A stretch of DNA of 64,000 bases from Eledone cirrhosa (Eukaryota), in assembly GCA_964016885.1 (NCBI GenBank), contig OZ024749.1, forward strand, positions 23,622,001-23,686,000, written 5' to 3'. The position numbers and the translations under genes are program-made. Positions 14,760 to 28,249 of the stretch are shown here, piece by piece; the stretch's first letter is position 1, and every line of letters begins with the position of its first letter. Below the pieces are notes generated by a model that saw only the letters and a list, made by a program, of their open reading frames with translations, had not been told where the DNA came from and did not search any database.

Positions 14760-17034
14760 GAACATTTTTTTTGAACAGGGACAAAACAGAGAGGCAGTAC
14801 AATAAATGTTTATTAATTTCACGCTCAGGAGAGTGGGGGGTAGGTGGGGGACGACGTTTCGGGCATAAGCCCTTCCTATGCATACATGCATGCATAAATA
14901 CAAATATACATACATACATACGTCTGCACAGCTACACACGCTAACATTACGCATGCATTACGAAATTCAGTGAACATTGTGAAACTTTGTTAGTAAGCAG
15001 GCCGTTCAGAAAAACCTAGGGAACTATCAGAGTCAAGATGTTGCGTTGACTATATAATCCACTGACTGGAATATGTGACTTGTAATGATTAAAGCCCCAA
15101 TCCCCCCTCCCACAATAATATAAAATATCCTGTGAGTGACAACCATACAAAATCAGAACGAACTGTTATGCTAATGCCAGTATACCAGTCTGCGAATATT
15201 ACAATTTGCTGTCTACTAACAATTATATATGGTAAAATTACGATCTCGTCCCCTTCTCTTATTTTCTATGTAAAAGGAGCGTTAACACCGAAATATTGAT
15301 ATATTAGATAAACATGTACCCTTCTTATTTGCTTTCGTTTCGTTTTATTTTTGCTTTTTCTTCACGCCCTCGTTTCTAAGTTATATTGTGATGGCTTAGC
15401 CACAACTGTACCAACAATATATAATAACATTTAATCCACTCAAAGTCCTCCTAAGTAAACGTCTTACATCCTATTATAAGATTTATTCTCTATAACAAGA
15501 CTTTGTTTGGTGTAAACAGCAAAATATAACTTTGAATGATAGATGTACGTAATTATATCACAAACATCATTACCGAAATGAAACATTTACAAACACTACG
15601 AACGTAATATAAGTAGACATGGTTGTAAATTATATGAAGATAAATATCGATCTCTATTTTCCCAATCAATATTCCGTCTAGACCTGTTATCAAATACATA
15701 TTATGAGTAAAATACAGTGCATTTTATCCAGACACAGCGTACATCGGACCAGATTATAACATATAATCGTACTGTTTATTTTAATGATATAGTGTGTTCT
15801 TTTGGAAAGACTGAGTTGATAATTCTAACAATCCAAAATACAGCCTTGATACTCCTTTATTTGCATAGAATATTCAGATTCGGTACAATACCGTCGTCCA
15901 TTAACCCATTCTTAATGATGAGGTTAAGAAATATTTCAATCTTCAATTTTCTATCAGTTTCTAGAATAATCATTTTACTGGTAGTTTGCAGTGAATGCTA
16001 ATAAGATTCGTGTGTTTGGATAACATTTACAGTTATATGTTGTCTAAATGAATATGATTATATTCCACGAATGGTCATGGAATAGTAATGCTAATGTTGT
16101 CATAGGGTTAGTAGAAATATATGGATTTTCTGTTGCATTCTGGGTTGGGTATGAGTATTCATTATCAAATAAATCAACAATGAATGCACATTATGCAAAT
16201 CAGATTTTTCCGTTCTGGCTTGGGTATAGTACAAACAACGATATATTATACGTTTGCTTAGTGATCATAGGGTTAATGGTTTTGTACTACCGATGAACAG
16301 CCAAATAAATATTTTTAGGGGTACAAAGGGAATGACAAAAAAATAATTCAGATTTACGCATGTTTTCACAGCAAAGCCTATAAACTTCAAACATATATTA
16401 AATATTTTCTAGCTGTTCTAATATACATTATGATGCCACGAAATATTTAGATTTATCTTTAAATTTTTGAAATGGCAATAAATAACCTACGGTGACAGTT
16501 CAGAGATAGTTGTTTGGTGGGATTTTTGGGGGTAAAATGGCATACTTCCCGTTTTGAGATCATATATCGTAGCCTGTGCATTCGTATGAGGTAATGATGG
16601 ACTAAAACGTTTACGGTGACATGTGCATTCGCAAATATAATTACTAAAATGGTTTCCTTTCCTGTTGTTGTGAGAGAAGAGACGTTAGAGGAGAGTAGTC
16701 TGAGAGGAAGCCAGATAATACTACAAGTAATTCAACACTGTTGAAGTTAAGACCAGCAAATTAACAAGCTAACAAATATATTTTAAAAAATTATAAATGA
16801 TATCAAATAAAACCAGTTAAATTCATCATAAAATGAACGCCTTCAAGAAAGATAATGCTAAGAGTTATAGAAATATCAAATGATAACTCATTTATCTGAA
16901 ATATTCATCGAGATATCACGAATCAAGTTCAGTAATAGCAAAGGTAGTGGAGAGGATTTATGTTAACTCTTAGGAATTTCATAAACATGTTGCTATTGAA
17001 TATGTGACAACGACTGCTTAAAAATAAACACTAC

Positions 17035-17418
17035 ATACACACATGTACGACTTCCCGAACTTTATGTATAGAGGCGAGTACAAATACACACACACAAGCA
17101 CACACACACACGCTCACACACATACACACACACACACGTAAGACTTCCCGAACCTTATGTATAGAGACAAGTACAAACACACACATACACACACGCTTAC
17201 ACAGACACACACACACGCAGACACAGACACACACACATACACACACACATACACAGATACAGACACATTCAAACATTCACACACACACATACACTCACAC
17301 ACACATGTACGACTTCCCTATACTTCTGTATAGAGTCAAGTACCCACACACACACATACACACATACACACACCCACACACACGTACGTACGACTTCTCT
17401 ATCCTTCTGTATAGATTC

Positions 17419-17498
<80 letters not shown>

Positions 17499-17500
17499 AC
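17035..17500. repeat. Minisatellite: about 45-bp core (gtacgacttccc..ctgtatagag..agtac) x4 interleaved with (CA)n
   Basis: Cores near 17045, 17137, 17306 and 17388. Confidence 0.85.
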
Positions 17501-17879
17501 ACATACATACACACAGACACAAACACAGATTCATACATACATACATAAAACATGGAACAGTAAAATTATGTAAAACATTCCAAAAATGCTGCATCAAATA
17601 ACTGCATATGCATATGTACCGATATTAAGCATATACACATGCACCCATATAACTCAAAACATCCACATCTACACATACAATAACATCCATATCTACATAT
17701 GCATGCAGACATGCATTCATATCAACCTAGTTGATGTTGTGTAAATTCCAATGAGATAGTCTTGTGTCTATGTTAGAAACCGACTCTTTCTCTATTGGCA
17801 AACATTTGTGAAATTATAAAACCAGAATACATACATACATGATGTCTGCAAACTCTGCTAAGAGGGTTGCAATTGGTTG

Positions 17880-18870
17880 TCAGATTACAGAGTTTGGTGC
17901 ACTTTTAGGGTACGACAAGCCACACAAACCTGTAACATATCCTGAACAAGAAATGCCTGTGCTTTGAAGTATTTTGCACTCGACCATCGAAAACACTGCC
18001 TGAGAAGAAGAACTAGTCAACATCATCGGACGCTTCTGAACACGCAGGTTTTTTTATTTTTTCAGAGTGTCGCTCTCTTAGAAAGATGTTATGATAACTG
18101 GGGTCCTTTCATTCCCAGGTGAAAAAAAAAAGTATTATTTGGATGGTCGTTGACTCTGCTGAGTTCGTCTGCCCTTTGCCGGGTTTTGTATTTCATCCCA
18201 CTGGGTGTCCAAATACATACGTACTTACATACATACATAAATGATGGCTGGCCCCTCGTCGTCAAGTATTGCCATTGCACGATATGCCATTATTAATAAT
18301 TATTAATTAATTCTATCGTGCAATGCCTTTGCGTGAAGATAGTTTTTAAAGTGAGGAAATAATGTGCACTGAACCAATCCAACTCTCTGAGCGACAGTAG
18401 CTATAACCCGAAAAGAAGAAAATATCAACAACATCAGTAACTACTGAGCCGCAGGTTTTATATCAGAGTTATCCCAGTTTCCTGAGTTGCGTTCTCCTAG
18501 AAGAATGCCCCGAGAAAGGCTAGGGGCTCCTTCACTCCCATTGGTTTAACCGCGTGATCGGGTGTCTATCCCGACTCTTTCTATGTCCTCGCGCATATAC
18601 ATACACACACACCCATGTATATACACATATACATATACATAAATATGTACATGTGTATATACATATTTACACACTTTTGGATGGCCGTTGGTCCTCATGA
18701 GTTCTTCCGCCCTTTGTCAGGTTTTGTTTTTTGTCCTGCAGGGTGTCCGAAATCACCCTCCTCACCAAATAAACCTGGTGGGGTTGCTGGTTTAGACGCC
18801 GACGACCCGACCACGAGACAGGTTGTACCGAGTTACATGTTACTCGTAACACTCAAGAGCGACCCGACAT
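17880..18870 (-). repeat. Cluster of decayed interspersed-repeat fragments, possibly RTE 5'-UTR-related
   Basis: 18139-18212 resembles 18677-18752. Minus-strand ctaggagaacgcaactc resembles the RTE 5'-UTR motif as I recall it; (TACA)n flanks. Confidence 0.4.
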
Positions 18871-19488
18871 AACATACATAAATACATTCATAAATACATA
18901 CATTCATACATACATGCCTTCCGACATCACGTACATGATTTAAGTGAGCCAATGTTACGTTGCTGAATACACACTTGTTATATAATAAAAAACACACCAG
19001 CCCCAATATACTTTGTCTGATAACAAGAAATGCATATGTATTCATACACACAAACATACAGATAGGAAACAATTGCATACGCATGCAAGTATATCCATGC
19101 ATACACTTGCATGCAAATATATGTTGTGTATCTGAGTGCGTGTCGTAGTCTGCGAGATTTTGAATTATATATATATATATATAATTCAAAATCTCGCACA
19201 CTACGACACGCACTCAGATACAGAACATATATTTGCATGCATGTTATCCACAATTTTGTAATAACATTTCCTGACTCCTACTCGCGATAAATGCTTGATT
19301 TTTTTTATAGTTATGACTTGCACTCGAATAATTAACTGATTCCTATAGTTTTTTTTTCGTGTTCTTTCGGCTCTTTAATATATATACAAGCATATATATA
19401 TATATATATATATATATAGATATGCTTCTGTGTGGATGTGTGAGGGTTTGTGTATTTGTGCATGCGTATGTGCTTACAGTGTGTGTTC

Positions 19489-19532
<44 letters not shown>

Positions 19533-19844
19533 GTGTGTGTGTGTTTGCGTTTTTAAATATGCTCTAATAGAGCCATAATTATACTAATGAAGTGATAAAG
19601 ACAGCATGAAAATCACATTCAATCAATAATGAATCTTGTTCGATAAATCCCATTCTTTCCGTCATTAGCCTTATTTCTGTATCGATTAGGAATTAATGAA
19701 TGGACTACATTGAATATTTATTTATTGTATCTGTCATCAGAATAGACGCCATTTTGTATGCGTATCTGTGTATGGTGTGACACGGGTGGAGTGTTTGTAC
19801 CCCGGTAAAACTGCGTCATTGTAATCTCGCACGGAAAGCCGTGT

Positions 19845-19980
19845 GAATTAATAGTTAGTGAATTGGTTTGGCAATCGCGAGGTTATGAGTTCAATCCAGG
19901 TCCGGGTGATGTGATATATCAATGCGCAAGACACATTATTTCACGTTTCCCTCTCTGCCAGGAATTACGACCGTTAGGTA
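19845..19980 (+). mobile_element. Decayed tRNA-derived SINE head
   Basis: B-box-like gagttcaatcc followed by gcaagacacattatttcacg, as in 27600-27890. Confidence 0.55.
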
Positions 19981-20042
19981 GAATCAGTAATGCATGTGTG
20001 TCTGTTTGTGTGTCGTAGTGTACGAGATTTTGTATATATATA

Positions 20043-20098
20043 TAGGAATAAGTATGACCCCCGACGGCAGAGCTCAAGCCGTTTCGACGGTTATTTCT
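20043..20098 (-). repeat. Half-hammerhead family B, short copy
   Basis: Minus: agaaataaccgtc GAAA CGGC ttgagctct GCCG TC ggggg; no CTGANGA upstream; abuts TA. Confidence 0.6.
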
Positions 20099-20499
20099 AA
20101 CTAAGGCCCATAAATCGTTAGCGGAAAGCTCTCACCAGAAACCATATTTTTTCATGGAAGAGAATGTAAAATGTGACGGACAAAATGCATTGAGTAATTT
20201 TAGTTGATCATATTTCGTTAAATTGTCTGAATCGCAATACGGATTAACGCAGTTTGAATCCTGTAAGACTTATCTTCCCTTTCAGCCTTTCAAGTTCTTG
20301 GATTGGTAAAATAGTTCAAGTGTCGGATATACATTTATGTAATAGTTCTTTCGACCTTTTAGCCTTATTCTCCGTTCATAGTCGATGATATATTCAGTGG
20401 GGCAATCGAATTTACGAAAGGTAAATGTTGGACGCGGGCCCAATAAACTCAGCCAATTGGGTAAAAACCTCATACTACAAAAACTACAGGACTGAAAAG

Positions 20500-21012
20500 G
20501 TAAGTGACCCCTTGCAGTACATCAGCTGGAAGGACCAGGTAGCAAGGTAATGGAGCAATCTAGTTACAGACCTGACTTGCCCCCGAATAATTAGACCACA
20601 AATAAACAAATTTGTCAGGTTCCTATTTTGCACCCACATCAATCACAAAATCCTCAAAACTGCTTTTACCAAAATCGGCTGAAAATTTCATATGCTGTCT
20701 ATGAAGAAGGGATGCTAGAGCTGTGTAAGATTGCATGCATTAATTTCGACTCTTCTTATTAATAACTGCTTCGTATCTTTCCAGGGACTATGTTTGGAAA
20801 ATATACAACATTTGTTCATTCCATGAAAGTATCTTGATCATATGCTTGCTATGAAGGAGTGACGATAGAGCTGTGAAATCTTGCATGCATTAATTTCGAC
20901 TCTCCTCATTAGTAATTGCATTGTTTCTTTCCAGGGACAATGTTTGGAAAATAAAACATATTTGATCCTTCCATGAGATTATTTTGGTCAGCCTAGGAGC
21001 TTATCAGCTGAG
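20500..21012. mobile_element. Mariner-like remnants: transposase motif relic plus a tandemly duplicated (about 150 bp x2) terminal region
   Basis: Plus 20547-20590 reads VMEQSSYRPDLPP (YSPDLAP-like). 20691-20839 and 20840-20989 are tandem copies whose minus strand (taggctgaccaaaataatctcatggaa..ttttattttccaaacat) matches 26971-27030. Confidence 0.5.
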
Positions 21013-21782
21013 CCTCGCATAAGCTTCATAACATGTACCTGTGATTTAAAATCTTTAATACTGGCTTTGTGTTTTTGTCATGGTTTGTACTCGAGTTATC
21101 ATACAGCCAATATTGGGTTTTGTTATCTTCATGGCGTGCACTCGAACAATCAGATACTTTACAATAAATCTTTTAAACATTTTTATGTGTAATACCCGCG
21201 ATACATATCACGTAGATTGCCTTTGTTAACTTTATTGTCTGTGAGTCTATTATCCGCAATGCTGTGTTTTGTAATAACATTTCCTGACTCCTACTCGCGA
21301 TAAATGCTTGATTTTTGTTATCGTTATGACTTGCACTCGAATGATTAAAGGATTCCTATAGTTTTTTTTTCGTGTTCTTTCGGCTCTTTAATACCTCGCT
21401 TATATATACAAGTAACGTCAGTTGTAGTTTTATTAAATTCATGACTTGTACCAAAATTATTAAATCAGCGTTACTATAGTTTTCCTCTTTTTGTTTTTGT
21501 TTCTTTTCGGTAAAAACTTTTGGCTTGCACCCCGAACATATCCAATCATCAATAATGGTTGTATGAAAATTCAAAAGCTTGCACCGGAAGTTTGAAATCG
21601 TTAATAGTGGTTATGTTACTTTCCTGGTTTACACGGAACAATAGCCAGCGGAAATATAGAGGCAATAACATCGAAACATTAATTTGTGCATAGGCCAGAA
21701 GGTGAAGGATTTCATTGTATGATTTTTCGATTAATATTTCCCAAACAATGTATTAGAAACACGTTTATATAATATCTCTTAC

Positions 21783-23352
21783 AGCCACCCTATAGCGTAG
21801 CAATCCAATAACGTATGAAAGCAATGGTGTCGTAGTTATCGTCGTTGTTGATGTTATTGTTATTGTTGTTGGTGATGGTGTTGTTGTGGGTTTGGTGGTG
21901 GAGGTGATCCTGGTAGCGTTGATGATTGAGGTTCTGGTCGTGAAAGTAGACGTGGGGGTGGAGGTTGCAGTAAATCTGCCGAGTGTAGTAAAGGCGAAGG
22001 TATTGGTAAACCTTGCGGTGTTGAAGTAAGTGTTGGTGGTCGTGATGTTGCTACTGGATATTGCTGCAGTGGTGGTCCTGTGTGTGGTGTTGGCCCTGGA
22101 TGTTGCAGTGGTGGTGGTGGTGGTGTTGCAGCATGCGGTTGTGGTTGTCTCGAATGTAGTGGTAGTCCTGGGGTAGTGGTGGTCCTGGGTGTGGTGGTGA
22201 TCCTAGGTGTGGTGGTGGTGATGTTACAGGATGTGGTAGTGGTTGTCTCGGATGGAAAGTGAGTCATGGGTATGGTGGTGGTCCTGGGTGTCGTGGTGGC
22301 CCTAGATGTTGATGCGGTGGTGGCGATGTTGCAGGGTGTGGTAGGGGGTTGTCTCTGATGTAATGGTAGTCCTGGTTGTGGTTGAGGTCCTAGATATGGT
22401 GGTACTGGATGTAATAGATGTGATTGTCTTCCTGAATGTGGTGATTGTGGTGCTACATGATTTGATGGTCGTCATGGATGTAATGCTGGTTTGGGTACTG
22501 GATGTAGTGTTGGTGGTAGTGGTGGTGGTGGTAGACATGCTGGTGGTAGTGGTGGTGGTGATAGACGTGCTGGTGGTAGTAGTGGTGGTCATAGACAAAC
22601 TGGTGGTAGTGGTGGTGGTGGTAGACATGCTGGTGGTAGTGGTGGTGGTGATAGACGTGCTGGTGGTAGTAGTGGTGGTCATAGACAAACTGGTGGTAGT
22701 GGTGGTGGTGGTAGACATGCTGGTGGTAGTGGTGGTGGTGATAGACGTGCTGGTGGTAGTAGTGGTGGTCATAGACAAACTGGTGGTAGTGGTGGTGGTG
22801 GTAGACATGCTGGTGGTAGTGGTGGTGGTGATAGACGTGCTGGTGGTAGTGGTGGTGGTGATATACATGCTGGTGGTAGTGGTGGTGGTGATAGACGTGC
22901 TGGTGGTAGTGGTGATGGACATGCTGATGGTAGTGGTGGTGGTGGTAGACATGCTGGTGGTAGTGGTGGTAGTGATAGACATGCTGGTGGTAGTGATGGT
23001 GGTAGACATGCTGGTGGTAGTGGTGGTGGTGGTGATAGACGTACTGGTGGTAGCGGTGATGGACATGCTGATGGTAGTGTTGGCGGTGGTGGACACGCTG
23101 ATAGTATTGGTGGTGGTGATATACATGCTGATGGTATTGCTGATGGTGATGGACCTGCTGGTGGTAGTGTTGGTGGTGATGGACACGCTGATAGTATTGG
23201 TGGTGGTGGTAGACATGCAGGATGGTATTGGTGGTGGTGGTAGACATGCTGATGGTATTGGTGGTGGGGACGATATATGTGGTAGTCTTGGATATGGTTA
23301 TTGTGGAGCTATATGAATTGATGTTGGACTTCGATGCGATGTTAGAATTGGC
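21783..23352 (-). other. Thr/Ser-rich (mucin-like) reading frame broken by three 1-nt indels; possible exon/pseudo-exon or degenerate (ACC)n repeat
   Basis: Bounded by ttgtag| (23353-23358) and |gtaaga (21777-21782). The Thr frame is continuous if indels at about 23220, 22344-22348 and 22170 are corrected. No recognisable domain. Confidence 0.3.
22521..22910. repeat. 30-bp minisatellite with a perfect 90-bp higher-order repeat (x3)
   Basis: gtagacatgc/atagacgtgc/atagacaaac + tggtggtagt.. subunits repeat exactly over 22531-22800. Confidence 0.95.
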
Positions 23353-23629
23353 CTACAATAATGCATATGGCATATTTTGTGCACATGCACATCCGTCTGT
23401 GTAATTGAGTCAAAGTGTTGAAGATTAAGGGATATCAACTATAGTGTTTTAGCTCTGTACTTCCATAGAACATCCTGATTCCTTTATCTGTTAAACACAC
23501 TATAGTACAGAGCTATTTAATTATGTAATAAGCAACACATTATAATTAATCTATGTCAGAATCTTCTAGCTTCGTGAAACCTTGGTTAACGGAATAATTA
23601 TATTGTGTTGCTTTTTACATAATCAAATA

Positions 23630-23663
<34 letters not shown>

Positions 23664-23700
23664 GATTTCTAATGAATGAAACAGTTCTAGTCCTGTAGAA

Positions 23701-23809
<109 letters not shown>

Positions 23810-24009
23810 CATATATATACATACATATATATACACATACATACACATATATATATAATTATATATAAATATATATAGTTGTGTATAATGGTAGTTATGG
23901 TGCTTCCATAGGCGGTATGCTAGAATTAGCACTCGATATTCATCAGAGTAGAGTGTAGGTATTATAAATAAAACGTAAAATCAGTGATGCATCTGGACTT
24001 AGTTTATTT

Positions 24010-24100
24010 CGTGTTACAAATGTTTCGCCGGCATGTAGCTCGAGTCATGGTCCTTGTATGGATCTGGCTGATTCTACTTCTGCGGGTTCTTTCAGACACG
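24010..24100 (-). ncRNA. Hammerhead motif, family D (long helix II), within element 23960-24166
   Basis: Minus: CGTGT CTGAAAGA (1 extra A) ..about 60 nt.. GAAA CATTTG TA ACACG aaataaa. Helix I is 5 perfect bp. The element has about 33-bp inverted ends (23960-23992 / 24134-24166). Confidence 0.55.
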
Positions 24101-24663
24101 GGTGTTTCCTCCGGAGCAAATTTTATCACTGTAATGCATCACTGATTTTTCGTTTTATTTATAATATATATATATATATATATATAAAATTTCAGGTTAT
24201 CAATAATGTAGTGATAATATATCGTTACGTAATTTATCGAGATTCGTATTTCGGCCCACGAAATAACGAAAAACAACCTCCGAGATGTGCGGCAAGTGCT
24301 CAATGAATCAGATGAACCAGAGCTATAACAAACGTTAAAGGCCAAACACACTGAGACGATGGTTAAACAATCAGTCGCATAGCCAAAAAAAACGATGAAG
24401 TAATTCGGGTATTGACAATTTACCCGGACCCCTGGAATGTTGGTAAAATCCAGTATATGGGTTTCTGCGGCTCCTAAATCAAGTACCGTCCGCTTACATA
24501 AATAATGTCAGGCTTCTGGTAAGATGATTGAACAAGGAACCCACTTTCTCAACAGGTTTTAGTTCAATGTTAATACAAGGACTGACTATTGCTGACCCCA
24601 CGTGGGGATCGGCAAGGGAGGCAACCCCTATATTAGGCGAATGAATTCAGTTGTGTATATTTT

Positions 24664-24731
<68 letters not shown>

Positions 24732-25353
24732 AATATATATGTAGATATATACATAGATATATACATATATAAATCTAAAAGACAACGTCAGCAACACAAT
24801 CAGTAGTACCACTACTACTACCACCACCAAAATCAACAACTACAACAGCGACAGAAACAGCAGCAACACTAGTTACGATAACAGAAAACACAAATGCCAG
24901 TATTCTGTATAAGGAAGACGTTATTGGTGCACATTACACATTTCTTTTCCTTCCAATGTGACCCTAATTATAAATACATGAAACTGAAGACGAAACGATT
25001 ATAAATGAGATATAAATTAAGGAATGTAAAATATAGTTCTACAAATGTAAAAATAATGAAATAAAACAACAAACAACATCATCTATATACACCGGAAATA
25101 GATAAGACGGAGAGAAAACTTTAGGGAAAGACGTGGTATAATTGAAACACAATTTATAGAAAAATGCATAGAATTTGTTGAAACCTGTTCAATTCAGAAA
25201 GATTATTTTACTGAGCATCAATGGCATGATGGTGTAACGACCAAGCTTAATCCTACCGTAAAGTGCATGTTTAATGACGACTGTGATTACTGTGAATGTT
25301 GTCGTTAGTATTGCTATAGTATTGTTAGTATTGCTATAGTATTATTATAAACA

Positions 25354-25473
25354 TTCTGAGTTCAAATCCCGCCGAGGTTAACTTTACCATTCATCCTTAC
25401 GGGGTCGATAAAATAAAGTAGAAGTAATACACTGGGATAATTGCTGGCCTTGTGCCAAAAGTAGAAACAATTA
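25354..25473 (+). mobile_element. OK-like SINE 3' part
   Basis: Family consensus match. Confidence 0.85.
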
Positions 25474-25477
25474 ATTG

Positions 25478-25648
25478 CCAGGTTGTCGTGCAGTGACTGA
25501 TCTAATTCGTCGAGAAGGGCAATGTCATCTACAAAATACAGGTCAGTCAAACGAGTAATTCCATGGTCATCCCAGTTGCCAACTATGCCAGTAATAGGGT
25601 TTTCTTCCTTCGCTGACATGACCTTCTTATAATCTGAGCTGATACTTT
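25478..25648 (-). mobile_element. RTE-like RT fragment
   Basis: RLTDLYFVDDIALLD (DFADD-like catalytic motif); paralog of 31364-31490 and 31695-31747. Confidence 0.7.
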
Positions 25649-25649
25649 A

Positions 25650-26365
25650 GCCGCATTTAGCAGTGTCGGTAGAGGGTCGGACACCATATTTGCAGCATAG
25701 AGTTACGGCCCTTTATTGTCTTAGTTCAAATCCTGCCGAGGTTAATTTTGCCTTTCATCCTTACGGAGTCGATAAAATAAAGTACCAGTAATACACTGGG
25801 GTAATTGCTGGCCTTGTGCCAAAAATAGAAACAATTATTAGTACAAGAGTGGTGAGATTGGCAGTATTGGTATAGTGTCGGACAACATGCTTTGCAGCAT
25901 AGAGCTATATCCTTTCACGTTCTGAATTCATGTCTCCCCCGAGGGTTGCTTTTCCTTTCGTTCTTAGGATGTGAAAATAATACAGTACTAGTAACACACT
26001 GGAGTGGTTTATATCGACTTTCCGTTCCACCAAAATTGTGTTCGACAACAAGCTTTGAGGGTTATTTTTACAACCTTTTACGTCCGGAGTTCAAATCCCG
26101 TTGAGATTAAGTTTGCCAACCCTCCTTCCAATGCCGGAAGAAATAAAATACGAGCCGAAATGTCGGGTAGATGTATTTACCTTCCACCCTCCACAAATTT
26201 CTGGCCTTTTGTTTCCCTTAAAATCCAGGAATATTAAAGATTTAAAATCCATTATTATTAGGATTGACAGAATCGGTAGATCATCGGACACAACTCTTTA
26301 CATATTTGTTCATGCCTTTTACGTTCTGATTCCAGATCAACTCACATCTGACTTTCATAATCCAT
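25650..26365 (+). mobile_element. Cluster of about 4 tandem OK-like SINE copies of increasing decay
   Basis: Near full copy at 25650-25838; older copies at about 25848-26015, 26050-26240 and 26255-26365. Confidence 0.75.
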
Positions 26366-26854
26366 CTTCTACAACTAATTATGTTCATGTGGTTATGTGA
26401 TTATAAACACCCATCATTGAGATTTGAATCCCTAGGCTCATATGCAAATTATTTCAATTAAAGGGACGCGTTAATTATTCGACAACATCTACTAAGCACA
26501 CTTGATATAAATGTTCAGTTTTTAATACAGTTTCAAGGTAATTAATAAGAGGAGAGTTAATTATTCACCTTACATAATGATTGATGCGATAACAAAGTGT
26601 GGGAAGACGATTATATACGGGGTAAAATGAATAATTATCTCTTTTGTAAATTAGTCGTAAATCCTTAATGATATATCAGAGTGTAAGAATAAATGAACGT
26701 GAATTAATGTCTTAGCCGTATGTGTTCAAAGTGTTTTACAAATGTTGCTGTTGTTCAGTTAATTTGTTTTGAATGCCGGCATTACTCCTGTGGTGATTGA
26801 ATCGTGTGTGGCCGTTTGGGAGATTCGATGGCTTATCCGATGTGAAGATAGTAT

Positions 26855-27122
26855 ATACGTGGCTGAAATGTTCATAGGCAGAACAATTTATACACTGAAA
26901 ATGTCATAGCCTGAAGATTTCATAGGCTGAATAATTCATAGGCTGAAAGGTTCATAAGCTGAAAGGTGCTTAGGCTGACAAAGATACTCTCATACAATGA
27001 CCAAATGATGTTTATTTTTCGAAATATTCCCTAAAAAGAGTTGATATTTAGATATGCAAGATTTCACGGCCCTAGCGTCATTCGTTTATAGTTAGCCTAT
27101 GAACGTTTCAACCGACCCGCGT
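26855..27122. mobile_element. Mariner-like non-autonomous remnant with an amplified 18-20 bp terminal motif
   Basis: ggctgaaatgttcata-like unit x6-7 at 26861-26978; inverted copy agcctatgaacgtttcaacc at 27094-27113. Confidence 0.5.
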
Positions 27123-27599
27123 TTTGAGATCGTAGACTAACACTGGCGCTGTATTCTGTATCCGAAGGAGCCTATATATGGTAGCAAAGCCTGCAAGAAA
27201 CAGCAGTCACATATCAATCAACATCAATACAATTAAAAAGGAACATATTGAGTAGTCTATGTACGAAAAACCCAGTAATATTTAAATATAGAGTGGATTT
27301 TAACAGAATACATTTCTTGAAACAAAATCGTTCCGGGGTTGAAATCTGTTATTACCTGTTCGACATATATACCATCCATTCTCTATTTATTATCTTAGAA
27401 TTGTCGCGGCATCGTCCACTCGTTAAAAAGTTCGTTTTATTTGCCTGTGCCCTTCTTTCCACTAAGAGGTCATCCATAACAATGAATTTATTATTGAAAA
27501 TTGTTGTATAATTCTTCATTTATAAAGTAATGGCACTGTGGACAGGCTTGAAATTATAGGACGCAATTACTGTTGGAAGTAATAGTATATAATTATTGC

Positions 27600-27890
27600 C
27601 CATGGCTTAGTGGTTAGAGCAGCAGGCTTACAATTGGGGGAGTGTGAGTTCGATTCTCGGCCCGGTCTTTGCATTATGTTCTTGAGGAAGACACTTTATA
27701 TCACGTTGCTCCACTCAGCTGTAGAAAGGAGTTGCGACGTCACAGATGCCAAGCTGTATCAGCCTTTGCTTTCCTTTCCCTTCGACAACATCGGTGGCAC
27801 TGAGAGGGGAGACTGGTATGCATGGGTGACTGCTGGTTGTCACAAACAACCTTGGCCGGACTTGTGTCAGAGAAAGGAACTTCCTGAACA
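27600..27890 (+). mobile_element. tRNA-derived SINE (second family)
   Basis: A box TGGCTTAGTGG, B box GAGTTCGATTC, then a gaagacactttatatcacgttgctccactcagctg body. Confidence 0.8.
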
Positions 27891-28190
27891 GAGGGGGGGG
27901 TGCTTTACCCTGATTGATGTTGTTATTTATCTGTAAGTCGAACTCACTCAAGAATGTTATGTGATCAAAGTCATTCATTTCACCTTTGGGCTGACTAATA
28001 TTTCGTCAGAAACAAAGTATCGAGAACTGTTTTTCTTGGATGCGTCATTCGTTTTTGAAGTTAATTAACTGTAACGTGAGTGATATATCTAACAAATGTG
28101 ACAACCAGGAAAAGCTGCCTGGATAACTATCTTTATTAATACTTTTGCTGCTGATGATGATGTTGTAGTTCTTCTTCATGATGTTATTCC

Positions 28191-28249
<59 letters not shown>

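Noticed and set aside
19670-19745. Minus-strand CTGATGA..GAAA
   Set aside because: No helix II pairing.
20691-20989. 50-codon protein repeat on the minus strand
   Set aside because: Stops in both units; it matches the non-coding mariner-like terminus at 26971-27030.
21000-21630. Repeated peptide-like motif (N.SS.SH.DNK) on the minus strand; 125 bp duplicated at 19255-19380
   Set aside because: Frames are broken repeatedly, so a CDS cannot be supported.
24530-24645. HDV-like ribozyme on the minus strand (GGTT..TCCCTT..CTAA AACC; also about 47870-47945)
   Set aside because: P2 and J4/2-like words are present but I could not build P1 or P1.1.
26861-26978. CRISPR-like short repeat array
   Set aside because: Units are contiguous with no unique spacers; eukaryotic context and no cas genes.
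27600-27675. tRNA gene
   Set aside because: A/B boxes run into a SINE body; no complete cloverleaf.
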